Source of the DNA: Acidobacteriota bacterium
GTDB lineage: Bacteria; Acidobacteriota; CAIWXX01
DNA: 64,000 nucleotides
Assembly (NCBI GenBank): GCA_040755995.1
Contig: JBFMAF010000023.1
Coordinates: forward strand, 64,001 to 128,000
Direction: 5' to 3'
Both the position numbers and the translations under genes were made by a program. This document shows positions 39,372 to 50,089 of the stretch, one piece after another. The notes under the pieces are model-generated. The model was given only the letters and a program-made list of their open reading frames with translations. It was not told the origin of the DNA and did not search any database. The first letter of the stretch is position 1; each line of letters begins with the position of its first letter.

Positions 39372-40418
39372 CTACTCAATGGTGTCGTTATCGCTGTCTG
39401 CCAGGGACCAGTGGCACTCTGCATTGCCGACCAGCTTCATCAGCTCGGGCTCGTTCGTCCACCACCGCAGTCGCGTGGAGGTCCGCGCAATGTACCCGAG
39501 ACGCAGGAAGGCGGCGCGAAGGGCGGGGCTAGCCACCAGGACGGTGACGCACGCTGCACCAACGTGGACGGAGTAAGCACCAATTGCCCGTGCCAGGCGC
39601 ATCACACCCTGCTGATCCGCGAGATCGCCAAAAATATCGAGCACGCGTACCACGAGTGTCCGGGCACGCGAGAACACGCGCAGAATCGCTGTTGGAGCCT
39701 GACAGCGCGAACTCGTCGCCTGGATGCAGGCACATTCATTTCGCCAGGGGGACTGGAGGTACCGCCAATCAAAGTGCGCCGCTGATCGATGGACGGTCAG
39801 GAGCCGCTTTGGGAGGACTGCCGCCCTTTCAGCCATGTCAACCGGTTCTACTGGAGTCCGAACTGACGGAGGCCCCCACAGACTCAATCCTGTGCGCGCC
39901 AGGAATGCCACTGGTTCGCACATGGCCGCCCCCAGGTGGAGTGGGGCCCGCGCCCACCCAGTGACGCTCGCAAGGGCCGGAATGCGGCGAGGTCTCAGCG
40001 GCAGCATCATCACTTCCAAATCCTCTCGTACACCCCACCCATGCCTGCGATGGATAGCCGCGGCGACCTGGTTGGGAAAACCGAGGTGAAGTCCCGGGAG
40101 GGAACGCGCGAAGTCGTCGGTGAGTCTCTGGATCCCTAGACCGCGCAGTTCTGGTGGTACGAACAGATCCATCCACCATCGTGCGCGAACCACTTCACCT
40201 GCCACGATGACGCTCGTCGGTATCGAGGCGAAGTAGGCGACAATTCTTCCATTCGCTACCACAGCGAAGCGGTTCTGATTGCCGCGGTGCCTCCACCCGC
40301 CGTGCTGGCGCAGGAATTCTCGTTTCCGACGGTCAAAACACCGGCCGATAAAGGCATCCAGTTCATCTTCCTCAATCTCCGAGACGGGGAGGACATCGCC
40401 AGAGCATGTGCAACTCAT
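39372..40418 (-). CDS. Hypothetical protein, probable GNAT-like acyltransferase
   Basis: WMDLFVPPELRGLG, GFPN and WRY..SP motifs. Confidence 0.55.
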   Translation of the reverse strand: MSCTCSGDVLPVSEIEEDELDAFIGRCFDRRKREFLRQHGGWRHRGNQNRFAVVANGRIVAYFASIPTSVIVAGEVVRARWWMDLFVPPELRGLGIQRLTDDFARSLPGLHLGFPNQVAAAIHRRHGWGVREDLEVMMLPLRPRRIPALASVTGWARAPLHLGAAMCEPVAFLARTGLSLWGPPSVRTPVEPVDMAERAAVLPKRLLTVHRSAAHFDWRYLQSPWRNECACIQATSSRCQAPTAILRVFSRARTLVVRVLDIFGDLADQQGVMRLARAIGAYSVHVGAACVTVLVASPALRAAFLRLGYIARTSTRLRWWTNEPELMKLVGNAECHWSLADSDNDTIE

Positions 40419-41596
40419 ATGGGGCCCTCGAGACTCTCTGCATACACGGCCTCAATCTCGCGAGCCATTCGCTCGCAGCCAAACCTGCGTGCGACCGTCT
40501 GCCTTCCGCGCTCGCCGATCGAGCGTGCAAGGGCGGCATCGTCCAGCAGGCGCAGGATCGCACTGGCGAGCCCGTTCACGTCACCGCGCTCCACGAGGAA
40601 GCCATTCTCACCGTTCACGATGACGGTGTCGAGGTCGCCGACGCGCATTGCCACGACAGGGACTCGAGCTGCCATGGCCTCAAGCACCACGTTCGGCATG
40701 CCCTCGGTGATCGAGGTATGCACGAGCACGGAGAAAGCAGGCATCAGCCGCGACGCGTGAGATATCCCTTCGAGCAGCTGGACACGTCCGCTCAGCCCCA
40801 ACTCCCCAACGCGCCGTTGGATGCCGTCACGGATAGACTCGTCGCCCGGGAGTGCCCGACCGATCATGACACCACGTGCCGTGGGCACTGCGCCAATCAC
40901 CATCCCCATGACATCCACGAACAGTAGATGGTTCTTCCATGGTCGCAGGTTTCCAACGTTGGCGACGACCGGGTCGTCGCCAACGATCCCGTACGCCGCC
41001 AACGCATCCCGTGCGACACTCCGGCCCGATTCCGGCAGCAGTTCGACCCCGTTGGCCACATGACGTAAGCGGCTCTCCGGCACCCCGAACGAACGAAGTC
41101 GGGCAGCGGCAACGCTGCTGTTAACCACGATAGTGTCCACCAGCCGCCAAGATACCCACCCCATGGACAAAGCACGACGGGGCGCGGTCATGGAGCCCGG
41201 TTCGTTGCGCATGGACCCCAATCGTACCGGCACGCGCGAAATCCTGCCCGCGAGGCCGGCATAGGGGTTCGAGTAGGAGCTCCAGGAATGGATTACCTGC
41301 GCCTGCAGGCGGCGGGTGAGTCGTACCAAGGAGTACACTCGCCGGAGGGCACTTGAGCTCGTCGCGTGAACAACGGTTGCCCCTGCGTCCAGGAGCAGGT
41401 CGTCGATAGTGTCACCGTCGCGCGGATTGAGCACCGCGACCGCGTACTCGAACCTCTCTCGATCCCTGTACTTCACCAAGTGGACGAGCTGCCGCTCGGC
41501 GCCGCCCACCCCATTCTGCCCGATTATGACGAGCACGCGGATCCGATCGCTTATCACGGAATTCACCCTCAGCTTGGCTGCCCACCGTTTGCCCAC
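40415..41596 (-). CDS. Glycosyltransferase family 4
   Basis: GGAERQL and EGMPNVVLEAMA motifs. Confidence 0.9.
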   Translation of the reverse strand: MGKRWAAKLRVNSVISDRIRVLVIIGQNGVGGAERQLVHLVKYRDRERFEYAVAVLNPRDGDTIDDLLLDAGATVVHATSSSALRRVYSLVRLTRRLQAQVIHSWSSYSNPYAGLAGRISRVPVRLGSMRNEPGSMTAPRRALSMGWVSWRLVDTIVVNSSVAAARLRSFGVPESRLRHVANGVELLPESGRSVARDALAAYGIVGDDPVVANVGNLRPWKNHLLFVDVMGMVIGAVPTARGVMIGRALPGDESIRDGIQRRVGELGLSGRVQLLEGISHASRLMPAFSVLVHTSITEGMPNVVLEAMAARVPVVAMRVGDLDTVIVNGENGFLVERGDVNGLASAILRLLDDAALARSIGERGRQTVARRFGCERMAREIEAVYAESLEGPI

Positions 41597-42438
41597 TCCC
41601 TGCCGCTAAGGGGGCGATGAAGTAGGCCGCTGAGTTTCAGGTGCAAGTAGCTAGCGTGCCAATCGTAGATCCCCAGCCTCGGTATTTCGAATTTCGGTCG
41701 GCCGACTCCCAGCCTCTTGACCGCGAAGGCGTGGGTGTAACCGGCCGCTTCGACGGCGCCTATGACACGCGCATCGTATTCGCCGCTCGGGTAGGCGAAC
41801 AGGTCGACCTTGGTCGCACACGTTTCCTCGAGCTCGCGCCGGCTCGTCTTCAGCTGGATATCTAGGTCTCGATCGCTGCAAGCAGTCAGGAGCGCGTGCG
41901 AGACCGAATGCCCTCCGATCGTGACCAGGGGGTGGCGGGCCAACGCCACGAGCTGATCCCTTGACAGGCCATCGAAGAGGTCCCGAGCCACCTCTCGGGG
42001 CACGTCACGCGGCTCGGCCCACTGGGCACGCGCCTTCAGCCTGGAGAACGGGAGCCAGTCGCCGGGGTCACGTACGTGTTGCGTAGCGACAAAGAAGAGC
42101 GCCGGTGCCTGTATCTCCTCTAACACTGGCAGGGCGTTGGTGAAGTTGTTCGCGAGCCCGTCGTCGAAAGTGAGTAGGACACCGGGTTCGTCGGTGGCGA
42201 AGAATTCCGGGGGCGAGAGAAATCGAAACCTGCTTCCCACCCAAAGTAGCACCGAGCGCAGCCCATCCCTCGGAATGCCCGCCTGGCTGAGCGGTGCAAT
42301 CCCACGGTAGCGGCGCGTTGGGATTCCATGGAAGAGCAGCACAAACCTCGCGTTCCTTGGCAGGAGTCTCCTGCCCAGACCCCCTATTCCCAAGATCGCC
42401 GCGCCCACGGCAGCCAGGCGCTTCAAGGCCCTCCCCAT
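41569..42438 (-). CDS. Polysaccharide deacetylase
   Basis: LTFDDG, GGHSVSH and FAYPSG motifs. Confidence 0.88.
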   Translation of the reverse strand: MGRALKRLAAVGAAILGIGGLGRRLLPRNARFVLLFHGIPTRRYRGIAPLSQAGIPRDGLRSVLLWVGSRFRFLSPPEFFATDEPGVLLTFDDGLANNFTNALPVLEEIQAPALFFVATQHVRDPGDWLPFSRLKARAQWAEPRDVPREVARDLFDGLSRDQLVALARHPLVTIGGHSVSHALLTACSDRDLDIQLKTSRRELEETCATKVDLFAYPSGEYDARVIGAVEAAGYTHAFAVKRLGVGRPKFEIPRLGIYDWHASYLHLKLSGLLHRPLSGREWANGGQPS

Positions 42439-42445
42439 GCTGGTC

Positions 42446-43636
42446 TCACAGGACCGAGGCATCGTGTGCGAACCCCGGCCAACCCACACGCAGGTGAGAT
42501 CTGATCTCCTCGCGCCATCTCTCAAGCGAGTAGTGCCGTGCGCCCTCGCGTGCACTGGCACCAAGCCTCGCCATGCGTTCGTGGTCGCGAGCAAGATCAA
42601 GTAGGGTTGTGGCGATGGTCTCCGGCTCGCTGTCCTGCAGAATGACACCGTTCACTTGACCCATCAGGCTGCTGAGGACCGACACGCCAGTGACTACTAC
42701 CGGGAGCCCACAAGCCATCGCCTCATGGACCGCCTTCGGGAAACCCTCCGATTCACTTGGGAGGCAGAAAAGATGACCGTCGGTCAGTACCCTGAGGACG
42801 CTGGCGTGATCGAGTCGGCCGTGAAAGCGCACGTGATCCGCAATGCCTAGACGATCAGCAAGCCCCCGCAGAGCCGTGAGCTGCGAGCCGTCACCGACAA
42901 CATCAAGCTCGACGGGCAGACGGCCGCGCACGGCTGACACGGCCTGAATGAGCCGGTCCGTATTCTTGCCAGGTTCCTGCCTCGCGACAGTGACTACTCG
43001 CAGCGTCTGACCGGGCCGCCACAACGGGGCCTGCGGCAGGTGCCCCATCTCGCTCTCGGTCAGGGAGGTGGCGAAGATCCAACGGATCTCACGGTTGCGG
43101 GCTGAGGGCTCCGTCGGCCCCCCACCCGTGGCAAGCACCACGTTTCGCCCGCCTGCAATCCTCTCAAGCAGCTGGAACGCCAGCCTATGAGAGAACCGGG
43201 ACGGATGACCCCAGATGCCGCAGTAGCGCACGAACAGCGGCTTCCTCTGCGCCAGTGCGACCAGGATCCCGAGCATCCCGACGTCTCCGGGGATCAGTGC
43301 GTGGACGCCATCGGCGTACAAGCATGCGTTCCAAATCCCGGGGAGGTTGCGAACGGCCCATGGTGCAAGTGTCCAGCGCCGCCATTTCCCCCTGCCCAGT
43401 GGCATCGTCAACGGGATCACTCGCAGGCGTCTGCCGAAGAGAGGAGTCAGTCCTGACGGCGGCCCTCCCCGGGCGCTGGGCACTACTAGGTTTGTCGTCT
43501 CGAAGAGCTCAGAAATCGCCCCAATTTGGAAAGGGAATCCGCCGTCAGTCGCCCAACCGTTCTGATAGCTCGGATCGCGCCAACACGGCTTGTGCGAGAC
43601 TACCGTGAGGCTGACGACTCCTGCGGCCCTAGCCAT
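42446..43636 (-). CDS. Glycosyltransferase family 4
   Basis: VVGDG and PSESEGFPKAVHEAMACGLPVV motifs. Confidence 0.88.
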   Translation of the reverse strand: MARAAGVVSLTVVSHKPCWRDPSYQNGWATDGGFPFQIGAISELFETTNLVVPSARGGPPSGLTPLFGRRLRVIPLTMPLGRGKWRRWTLAPWAVRNLPGIWNACLYADGVHALIPGDVGMLGILVALAQRKPLFVRYCGIWGHPSRFSHRLAFQLLERIAGGRNVVLATGGGPTEPSARNREIRWIFATSLTESEMGHLPQAPLWRPGQTLRVVTVARQEPGKNTDRLIQAVSAVRGRLPVELDVVGDGSQLTALRGLADRLGIADHVRFHGRLDHASVLRVLTDGHLFCLPSESEGFPKAVHEAMACGLPVVVTGVSVLSSLMGQVNGVILQDSEPETIATTLLDLARDHERMARLGASAREGARHYSLERWREEIRSHLRVGWPGFAHDASVL

Positions 43637-43638
43637 CT

Positions 43639-44916
43639 TCAATCGCAGCCAGAAACACCAGCCGTCCTGGCATCGGCCCCGGCGCGCCTCCCACCCCGCC
43701 CGGCCCTGTCGACCAGGAATCGAGCAAGCGCGCCGTACGTGGCCTCGAAGCTCCAACATCGCTCCACATGCGCTCTCGCATTGCGGCTCATCGAAACCGC
43801 CAGCTGTGCATCCGCGAGCAGCTTGATCGCCTGGTCCGCGAGCTCGCCGTCCGTGCGCCCGACCATAATGCATCTCCCATCTTGCAGTCCCATTCCGTGG
43901 ACCGCGTCCGGCGACGCCACGACGGGGAGTCCCAGTGCCATCGCCTCGACTATACGTGTCCGGAAGCCATAGGTGCCATTCCAAGGGCATAGGAGAACAC
44001 GCGCCTCGGTTAGCACTGGTGCTAGCTCTGACACGAACCCTGTCACGCGGATGCGGCGATCGGTCTCCAATTCGCGCACTTCCCTGGGAGGGTCGGCGCC
44101 AACGATCCAGAGTTCGGCGGCCGGCATCCTGTCCCAAACGCGTGGCATGATGTAGCGCGCACAGCGCAGTGCGCAGGCGCGGTTAATAGCACTTGCGAAC
44201 CCTCCGAAAAACGCCAGTCGTGGGGTGGGCATCGGCTCCCAGGCATGGACTACCCTCTTGGTATCAATACCCATGGGCGTCACGAACACCTCCGGATGAA
44301 CGACCCTGCCGCGGACGTATTCACCCTCTCCCTCGCTGATGGGGATGAGCCCATCGAATAGCTCCCAGGCTTTCTCCTCGCGGGCCCGATACCGCTGGAC
44401 TCGCCACACCCGCACGCGCTCAGGCACCCCACGCCTGCGTAGCTGCGAGTCGTATGACTGCCAGAGCAGATCATGCATATCAAGGGCGCAGTAGCAACCG
44501 TCGTGCCGAATGGCAGCAACCGCTCTGCTTGCATGCCAGTATTCGAAGAGTGCCACATCGAAGCGCTTGTCGCCGCAAGCGCATCGAACCCGTGCCGGTG
44601 TGAGTTCCAGCCGTCCGATCGTGAAGTTCGAGCGTTTGAGGCCGGTCAGACCGGCGTACGCCTGCGCGATCCCCTTCAGCGCCAGGCGCAAGGGCCACGG
44701 CCGGTCGAGCCGCGAGGGGAGGACCACAGGGGTGTGGACGAAGGCCTCCAGCGCTTGACGTACGCTGCTCGCCTCTCCTCTCCTGGAGAAAGTGACGAAT
44801 GTCACCTCGAAATAGTCTCGAACGGCGCGTAGCATGTCTCTCACGCGCACCTGCTGGCCGGCGGTGCCCGGGATCGGCTTGACCGATGAGACCATGACCA
44901 GTGTTCGCTTGTTCAC
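43639..44916 (-). CDS. Glycosyltransferase family 4
   Basis: IVGADPP, VTGFV and GFRTRIVEAMALGLPVV motifs. Confidence 0.85.
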   Translation of the reverse strand: MNKRTLVMVSSVKPIPGTAGQQVRVRDMLRAVRDYFEVTFVTFSRRGEASSVRQALEAFVHTPVVLPSRLDRPWPLRLALKGIAQAYAGLTGLKRSNFTIGRLELTPARVRCACGDKRFDVALFEYWHASRAVAAIRHDGCYCALDMHDLLWQSYDSQLRRRGVPERVRVWRVQRYRAREEKAWELFDGLIPISEGEGEYVRGRVVHPEVFVTPMGIDTKRVVHAWEPMPTPRLAFFGGFASAINRACALRCARYIMPRVWDRMPAAELWIVGADPPREVRELETDRRIRVTGFVSELAPVLTEARVLLCPWNGTYGFRTRIVEAMALGLPVVASPDAVHGMGLQDGRCIMVGRTDGELADQAIKLLADAQLAVSMSRNARAHVERCWSFEATYGALARFLVDRAGRGGRRAGADARTAGVSGCD

Positions 44917-44935
44917 AAAGCTCTCGCCATACCGA

Positions 44936-46384
44936 TCAAGTCGGCGGCGTAACGCCCGTGTCCTCGATGCCGTTGGGACGCTCTGATCGTCGCTTGCCCG
45001 CGCATTCGATCAGACAGCGGGCGACTCTCTCCCCCGCCTTTCCGTCGAGGTAAGGACCGAAGAACGCCCGTACGAACTCGCGGCGTTCCCATGCAAACCG
45101 TTCTGGGCTCCTCAGGGCATGGCGTATGAGACTGATGCATTCATCCTCGTCGCGAGCGAGCTGAACTGCGCCGCTTGCAACGACCGGGCGGTAGTGGTCG
45201 AAATCGTAGTATTCCGCGTAGTCCACCGGAGAGATATCTACTCGCGGCGGGTTGTAGGCGATGTTGATGACTGGGCGACCAAGCATGGCGAGCTCGAGCG
45301 AAACCGTCGAAGCGACGTTGATGCCCACCGCGGCATGGCGGAGGGTGTTCGTCAGGAGAGGCAGGTCGTCCACATGGGGGGTCAGCCACTGTCGTTCCCA
45401 GGGTACGTCAGGAAAGAGCACATCGTCCAGTTCCCGTTTGAGCGGCTCGAAGCGCCCAGTCGGGTCCTTCGGGTAGACGCGCACGAGCAATTGGGGCGGG
45501 CCGAGGTCTGGCATTCCTCGCAGCGCTCGGGCAATCCCTGCGACGATTCGGGGCTCCTCGGGCATGTAGTGCACCATGCCGGTCGTGTAGACGATGATCG
45601 GCCGCCTGGGATCTGCCCCCACCCGAGCACAGAACTCCTCCCGCGGCCAGAAGTACCGGGAGTCGAAGTGATAGTCGAACTGGGGCGTGCCCGTGACCGT
45701 CGTCTGCGCCCGGCTGATGCCGGGGTAGAGGCCGAGGAGCTGCTCTCGCATCGAGTCGTTCCAGACGATGAAGTGGTCGTACGGGATCAGGATACGGCCA
45801 CGACTGGTGAGGTTGTCCCAGGAGAAGATGAAAGCAGCGGTCGGGATACCAAGGTCGCAGCCAGCGAGCATCGGCAGGAGAGCCGCAGGGCCGTGGATAT
45901 GGGAGCCGTTGAAGACAAGATCTGGCCGGAGTTCACGCCACAGGTCCCGATACTTCTCTATGCGCGGCTCAGCCAGGCTCAGCCGCCGCTCCAATGCTCC
46001 GAGGAATGCTAGGCCGGCCGGCCGCGCCGAGGCCCTCGCGAGAGTCCTCTTTATCAGCCACTTTGTCCGGTCGACCGCCCGGTGCTGGCGCACGTCCCGC
46101 TTGCGCCAGTGTGTCTTCGCGGCGCTGCTCCACATCGCTCGCTCATGAGCGTACTCCAGAAGCTGACGGACGATCCTCACGCTGCGCCTTTCCTCCTCCG
46201 GGCTGAGCGGCAGGATGCGCTCGCAATGCTCCCGGAAGGTATCCGTGAAGCGGGCGTCGTGGATGACCGATAGCACCGTGACCCTCGCGTCTCGCGCAAG
46301 GAGTGGCAAGGTCCGCGAGTACAGGAAGTTGCGAACGACCTCGCCGCGCGGCACCACTATGACGACATGGGGTCGGTCAGCCAT
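44936..46384 (-). CDS. GT-B-like protein (CDP-glycerol glycerophosphotransferase-like; possible nonulosonic acid transferase)
   Basis: SWDNLTS, VWN, TGTPQFD and STVSLE motifs; in the same operon as neuABC, one gene downstream. Confidence 0.6.
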   Translation of the reverse strand: MADRPHVVIVVPRGEVVRNFLYSRTLPLLARDARVTVLSVIHDARFTDTFREHCERILPLSPEEERRSVRIVRQLLEYAHERAMWSSAAKTHWRKRDVRQHRAVDRTKWLIKRTLARASARPAGLAFLGALERRLSLAEPRIEKYRDLWRELRPDLVFNGSHIHGPAALLPMLAGCDLGIPTAAFIFSWDNLTSRGRILIPYDHFIVWNDSMREQLLGLYPGISRAQTTVTGTPQFDYHFDSRYFWPREEFCARVGADPRRPIIVYTTGMVHYMPEEPRIVAGIARALRGMPDLGPPQLLVRVYPKDPTGRFEPLKRELDDVLFPDVPWERQWLTPHVDDLPLLTNTLRHAAVGINVASTVSLELAMLGRPVINIAYNPPRVDISPVDYAEYYDFDHYRPVVASGAVQLARDEDECISLIRHALRSPERFAWERREFVRAFFGPYLDGKAGERVARCLIECAGKRRSERPNGIEDTGVTPPT

Positions 46385-48125
46385 CGAGCCCCCTCGACCC
46401 CGATGAGAGCAGACCCAGATTGATCCATTGCCACACGGTGAAGCTGCTGTCCGCCCCGTGCCTGAGGAAGTCGGTCCATGTCGAGCGGACCGAGGAGGCA
46501 TCCAGCCACGAGGCGCCCCAGCCTTGGATGGCGCCCTCGATCTGGTCACATGCCCAGGCCCGGAGAGGACCGCGCAGCCACTCCCGCTGAGGAGTCTGCA
46601 GAGCGCGCTTGGGCGCCTCGCGTACGGGTCCGGGCAGCAGCGCGCGGGCCAGGGTGCGCGGCAGCCACTTGCCGACACCATCCCTCACCTTTCTCGACCG
46701 GCGCTGCCGCAGGCCCAGTTCGACCAGCCGATGGTCCAGGAAGGGCTCGCGAAGCTCGCGCGAGAACTGCATCGAGACACGGTCGGCGAAGCGCATCGCG
46801 CGCGGGATCTTCGCCACGCACAGGTCGTGCAACTGGATACTCCGTAGACGGTCCCCCGAAGACCATTCGCCCGGCACCTGGGAGGCGAGCTCTGCGAACT
46901 CAGGCGCGAGCCACCGCGGCGTACTGCGGCTGACGGCTCCCTGCACAGGCCCGGTTCCGATATCCACGCCTTCAGGGCGCGTGTAGTAGTCGTACCCGCA
47001 CCAAGCCTCGTCCATGCCGTTGCCGTCCAGGAGCACCGTGACGCCCTCATCGCGAGCGCGCGCGTGCACACGGGCCATGCCCAGGGTCGGGATTCCCCCA
47101 AAGGGCTCATCCTGGAAAGCCTGGACCTCAGCCATGAGAGCGGGCACCTCCGACGGCGACAGGGGGCAGAAGCAGCCCACATGCCGGGTGTGCCGCAGCA
47201 TTGCCCTGACCCACGGCGTCTCGTCGTAGGCGGGGTCCCCGGTGGTGAAGGTGAAGGTCTTCAGGCTGCACTCTTCGCCCTGGGATTTCCGCACGAGGGC
47301 CAATACCAGCGACGAATCAAGGCCGCCTGAGAGGCAGAGACCGACCGGTACGTCGGAGCGGAAACGCAGCCTGACGCTCTCCTCAAGGAGCCCCAGGAGC
47401 TCCTCCTCGACCAGGCTCTCGCAGCGATCGTCCTCACCCACCCTTTCGAACGCCGCGCGCAAGTCGTACCACCGCTCCACCCTGGTTCCGTCACGAACCG
47501 AGTAGCGGAGCAGGCTGCCCGGCTGCAGCCTGTACACGCCGCGCCAGAAGGTCCTCTCGTCGTGGTCGTAAAGGCCTCGGGCGAGATAGGCGGCCCATGT
47601 CCTCTGCTCAGGTTCGCGTGGCACCCCTGCGGCGTGTAGTGCCTTGATCTCGCTGGCGAAGAGCAGCCCGCCACTAGGGGTGACATGATAGAAGAAGGGT
47701 TTGACACCGAAGCGGTCGCGGGCAGCGAATAGCTCTTGCCTCTTCTCGTCCCAGACGCAGAACGCGAACATCCCGATGAGTCGCTCCAGGCAGGCGGCCC
47801 CCCAGCGCACGAAGGCTGCCAGCACTACCTCGGTATCGGTTTGGCTTCGGAAAGGCCAGTCACTGAGGGCATTCTTGAGCTCCAGGTAGTTGTAGACCTC
47901 GCCGTTGTATACAATCCAGAAGCGCCCCGTTGGATCCGCCATCGGCTGCTGTCCGGCAGGTGACAAGTCGATCACCTTCAGCCGGGTGTGACCCAGCGCG
48001 GCAGGCCCTCCCGGCGAGTGGTATTCCCCCTCCCCGTCGGGGCCGCGGTGGCGCAAGCGATCTAGCATCGCACGCATCGCGCCGCTCGGCATATTCGGCC
48101 CCAGCAGGCCGGCGATACCGCACAT
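46377..48125 (-). CDS. asnB: Asparagine synthase-like glutamine amidotransferase
   Basis: MCGIAG, HRGPD, NGEVYN, RDRFGVKP and LSGGLDSS motifs. Confidence 0.9.
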   Translation of the reverse strand: MCGIAGLLGPNMPSGAMRAMLDRLRHRGPDGEGEYHSPGGPAALGHTRLKVIDLSPAGQQPMADPTGRFWIVYNGEVYNYLELKNALSDWPFRSQTDTEVVLAAFVRWGAACLERLIGMFAFCVWDEKRQELFAARDRFGVKPFFYHVTPSGGLLFASEIKALHAAGVPREPEQRTWAAYLARGLYDHDERTFWRGVYRLQPGSLLRYSVRDGTRVERWYDLRAAFERVGEDDRCESLVEEELLGLLEESVRLRFRSDVPVGLCLSGGLDSSLVLALVRKSQGEECSLKTFTFTTGDPAYDETPWVRAMLRHTRHVGCFCPLSPSEVPALMAEVQAFQDEPFGGIPTLGMARVHARARDEGVTVLLDGNGMDEAWCGYDYYTRPEGVDIGTGPVQGAVSRSTPRWLAPEFAELASQVPGEWSSGDRLRSIQLHDLCVAKIPRAMRFADRVSMQFSRELREPFLDHRLVELGLRQRRSRKVRDGVGKWLPRTLARALLPGPVREAPKRALQTPQREWLRGPLRAWACDQIEGAIQGWGASWLDASSVRSTWTDFLRHGADSSFTVWQWINLGLLSSGSRGLDG

Positions 48126-48126
48126 C

Positions 48127-48873
48127 TCAGTCCCCCTCTCGCTGCGACGCACTCACGCATGCAGCTTTTTGAGGCACCGCGCACTTCGTCAGCAACGCCT
48201 CCGCAAGCAGAAGGTCGCGCCAGGTATCGATGTTTACCGCACGTTCTTCAGGCGTGATCCAGGCCCTGGTGTCGGCACCGAGGAGCAGCCCGTGGAGCAT
48301 CAGGAGATCCCGGCGCACCAGGTAAATCGAGCCGTCCGGGAGCAAGAACTCCGGGAGCTCCTGACGGGGGACATGGCTCATGCCTCGAGCATAGGGGGGG
48401 TCCTCAACGCGTCCGTCCGCCCTGATCACTTTGAGTTTGTAAGGGTGCCAGCCACCCAATCTGGCAAGAGAGATCACCGAGTCGGCCCCTGTCTCCTCCA
48501 GCAGCTCAACCGACCCGTCGATGTCGGATGCGAGCCGCAGGGGAGATGTCGGCTGCAGAACCATCACCGCGTCGAAGTGGTCTCCGCAGTCCTCCAGGAT
48601 TCCGACCGCATGTTGAACGACGGGCACATGACCGACGCGGTCACCCGCGAGTTCTGGCGGCCGGAGGAAGGGCACCTCCAGCCCCACAGCACGGCCAACC
48701 GTGGCGATCTCCTCGTCGTCGGTGCTGAGCACGACGCGCTGGAGGCGGCGCGCTGCGAGGGCAGGGCAGGCGGTGTAGGCCAGAAGAGGCCGCCCGCAAA
48801 GGGGAACGATGTTTTTCCGCGGGATCCCCTTCGACCCTCCCCGCGCGGTGACGAGACCCAGGACTCGCATCAC
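48127..48873 (-). CDS. neuA: Acylneuraminate cytidylyltransferase
   Basis: ARGGSKGIPRKN, STDD, LQPTSPLR and NIDT motifs. Confidence 0.92.
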   Translation of the reverse strand: MMRVLGLVTARGGSKGIPRKNIVPLCGRPLLAYTACPALAARRLQRVVLSTDDEEIATVGRAVGLEVPFLRPPELAGDRVGHVPVVQHAVGILEDCGDHFDAVMVLQPTSPLRLASDIDGSVELLEETGADSVISLARLGGWHPYKLKVIRADGRVEDPPYARGMSHVPRQELPEFLLPDGSIYLVRRDLLMLHGLLLGADTRAWITPEERAVNIDTWRDLLLAEALLTKCAVPQKAACVSASQREGD

Positions 48874-48916
48874 TGTTCTGTCGCTACGAAGGGTTCTCGG
48901 GGCTCGAACACCTTAT

Positions 48917-50089
48917 TCAGCCGTTTCTGAAGACGTAATTCAGCCTCTTCTGGAGATAGGGAACGAGGCCCGCAACCCCGTCCGCGATCCGCTCAGCCGT
49001 GTTCCCGTCCCCGTACAGCGTGCTTGGTCGGTATCGCCCGTGAGCCAGCTGCTGATCGACCGCCCGCACGATTGCTTCACATTCTATCGAGACACGTAGC
49101 ACATGTTCAGCCGTCTCGCGGCCATCCTGCCGATTGCCAACAAGCACAACCGGGGTGCCGAGGAAGCTCGCATCCCGAACGAAGCTACTGGAGTTCCCGA
49201 CCGCGCATGCCGCACTGGCGAGAACTCTCAGGTAGTCCTCGGGACTCAGGTTGATCAATGTCCTCAGCCACCCGATTCCGGGCCGCTCGCGAAAGACACG
49301 GATCGCCTTGCTAATGTGGTCGGAGCCAGCGTCTATGTTCGGCCACAACAGGACGGTCTGCTTCGCGAGGCGCCCGAGAGCATCAAGGAGAGTGTCCATC
49401 TGGGCTCGCTCACTGCCGAACTCGGTCGTTGTCGGATGGAACGCCACCAAGAGGTACGGGCGACCGACATCTATCGCTGCGCCTCGCCCGCGCTCATTGA
49501 TGACAGTCGGGTCGAGCACGAGGTCGGCATTCTTCACGATGTCGCCGCTGGGGCATCCGACCGCCAGGATCGTCTCCGGTCGTTCGCCCATGCGAACCAA
49601 GTACTCAGCAGCACGGTGGGTCGAAGGTACGTGGTAATGGGCGAATTTGGTGATAGCATGCCGGGCGCTCTCATCTATCGACCCGCTCACTTCACCACCT
49701 TGAAGGTGCACGATGCACAGGTTCATATAAGCGGCGGCCACGGCGGCAGCGAGCGCCTCGTACCGGTCACCGATGAGCAGCATCAGGTCCGGCTTGAGGC
49801 GCTGAAACTCGCTTGCGAACTCGATGGTGGCGAACCCCACCGACTTGGCCATTGTCGCCGGGATCGAACCCTCGAGTTCGATGTAGACCTCGCCGCTCAC
49901 TGGGAATCCGTCTTGGCGGACAATCGAAACCGGGTAGTCGAAACGATCGAGCACCATCGTCCCCGTGGCGATAACCTGCAGCTCCAGTTCAGGACGCCGC
50001 TGGATCGCTCGCATGACGGGCTTGAATCGGCCGTAGTTCGCGCGGTCGACAAGAACCACGCACACCTTTCGCTTCGCGCTCTCAGACAA
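48917..50089 (-). CDS. neuC: Hydrolysing UDP-GlcNAc 2-epimerase
   Basis: RANYG, GDRYE, HLQGGE..GSIDE..RHAITK, GNSSS, RQDGRE and YGDG motifs. Confidence 0.92.
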   Translation of the reverse strand: MSESAKRKVCVVLVDRANYGRFKPVMRAIQRRPELELQVIATGTMVLDRFDYPVSIVRQDGFPVSGEVYIELEGSIPATMAKSVGFATIEFASEFQRLKPDLMLLIGDRYEALAAAVAAAYMNLCIVHLQGGEVSGSIDESARHAITKFAHYHVPSTHRAAEYLVRMGERPETILAVGCPSGDIVKNADLVLDPTVINERGRGAAIDVGRPYLLVAFHPTTTEFGSERAQMDTLLDALGRLAKQTVLLWPNIDAGSDHISKAIRVFRERPGIGWLRTLINLSPEDYLRVLASAACAVGNSSSFVRDASFLGTPVVLVGNRQDGRETAEHVLRVSIECEAIVRAVDQQLAHGRYRPSTLYGDGNTAERIADGVAGLVPYLQKRLNYVFRNG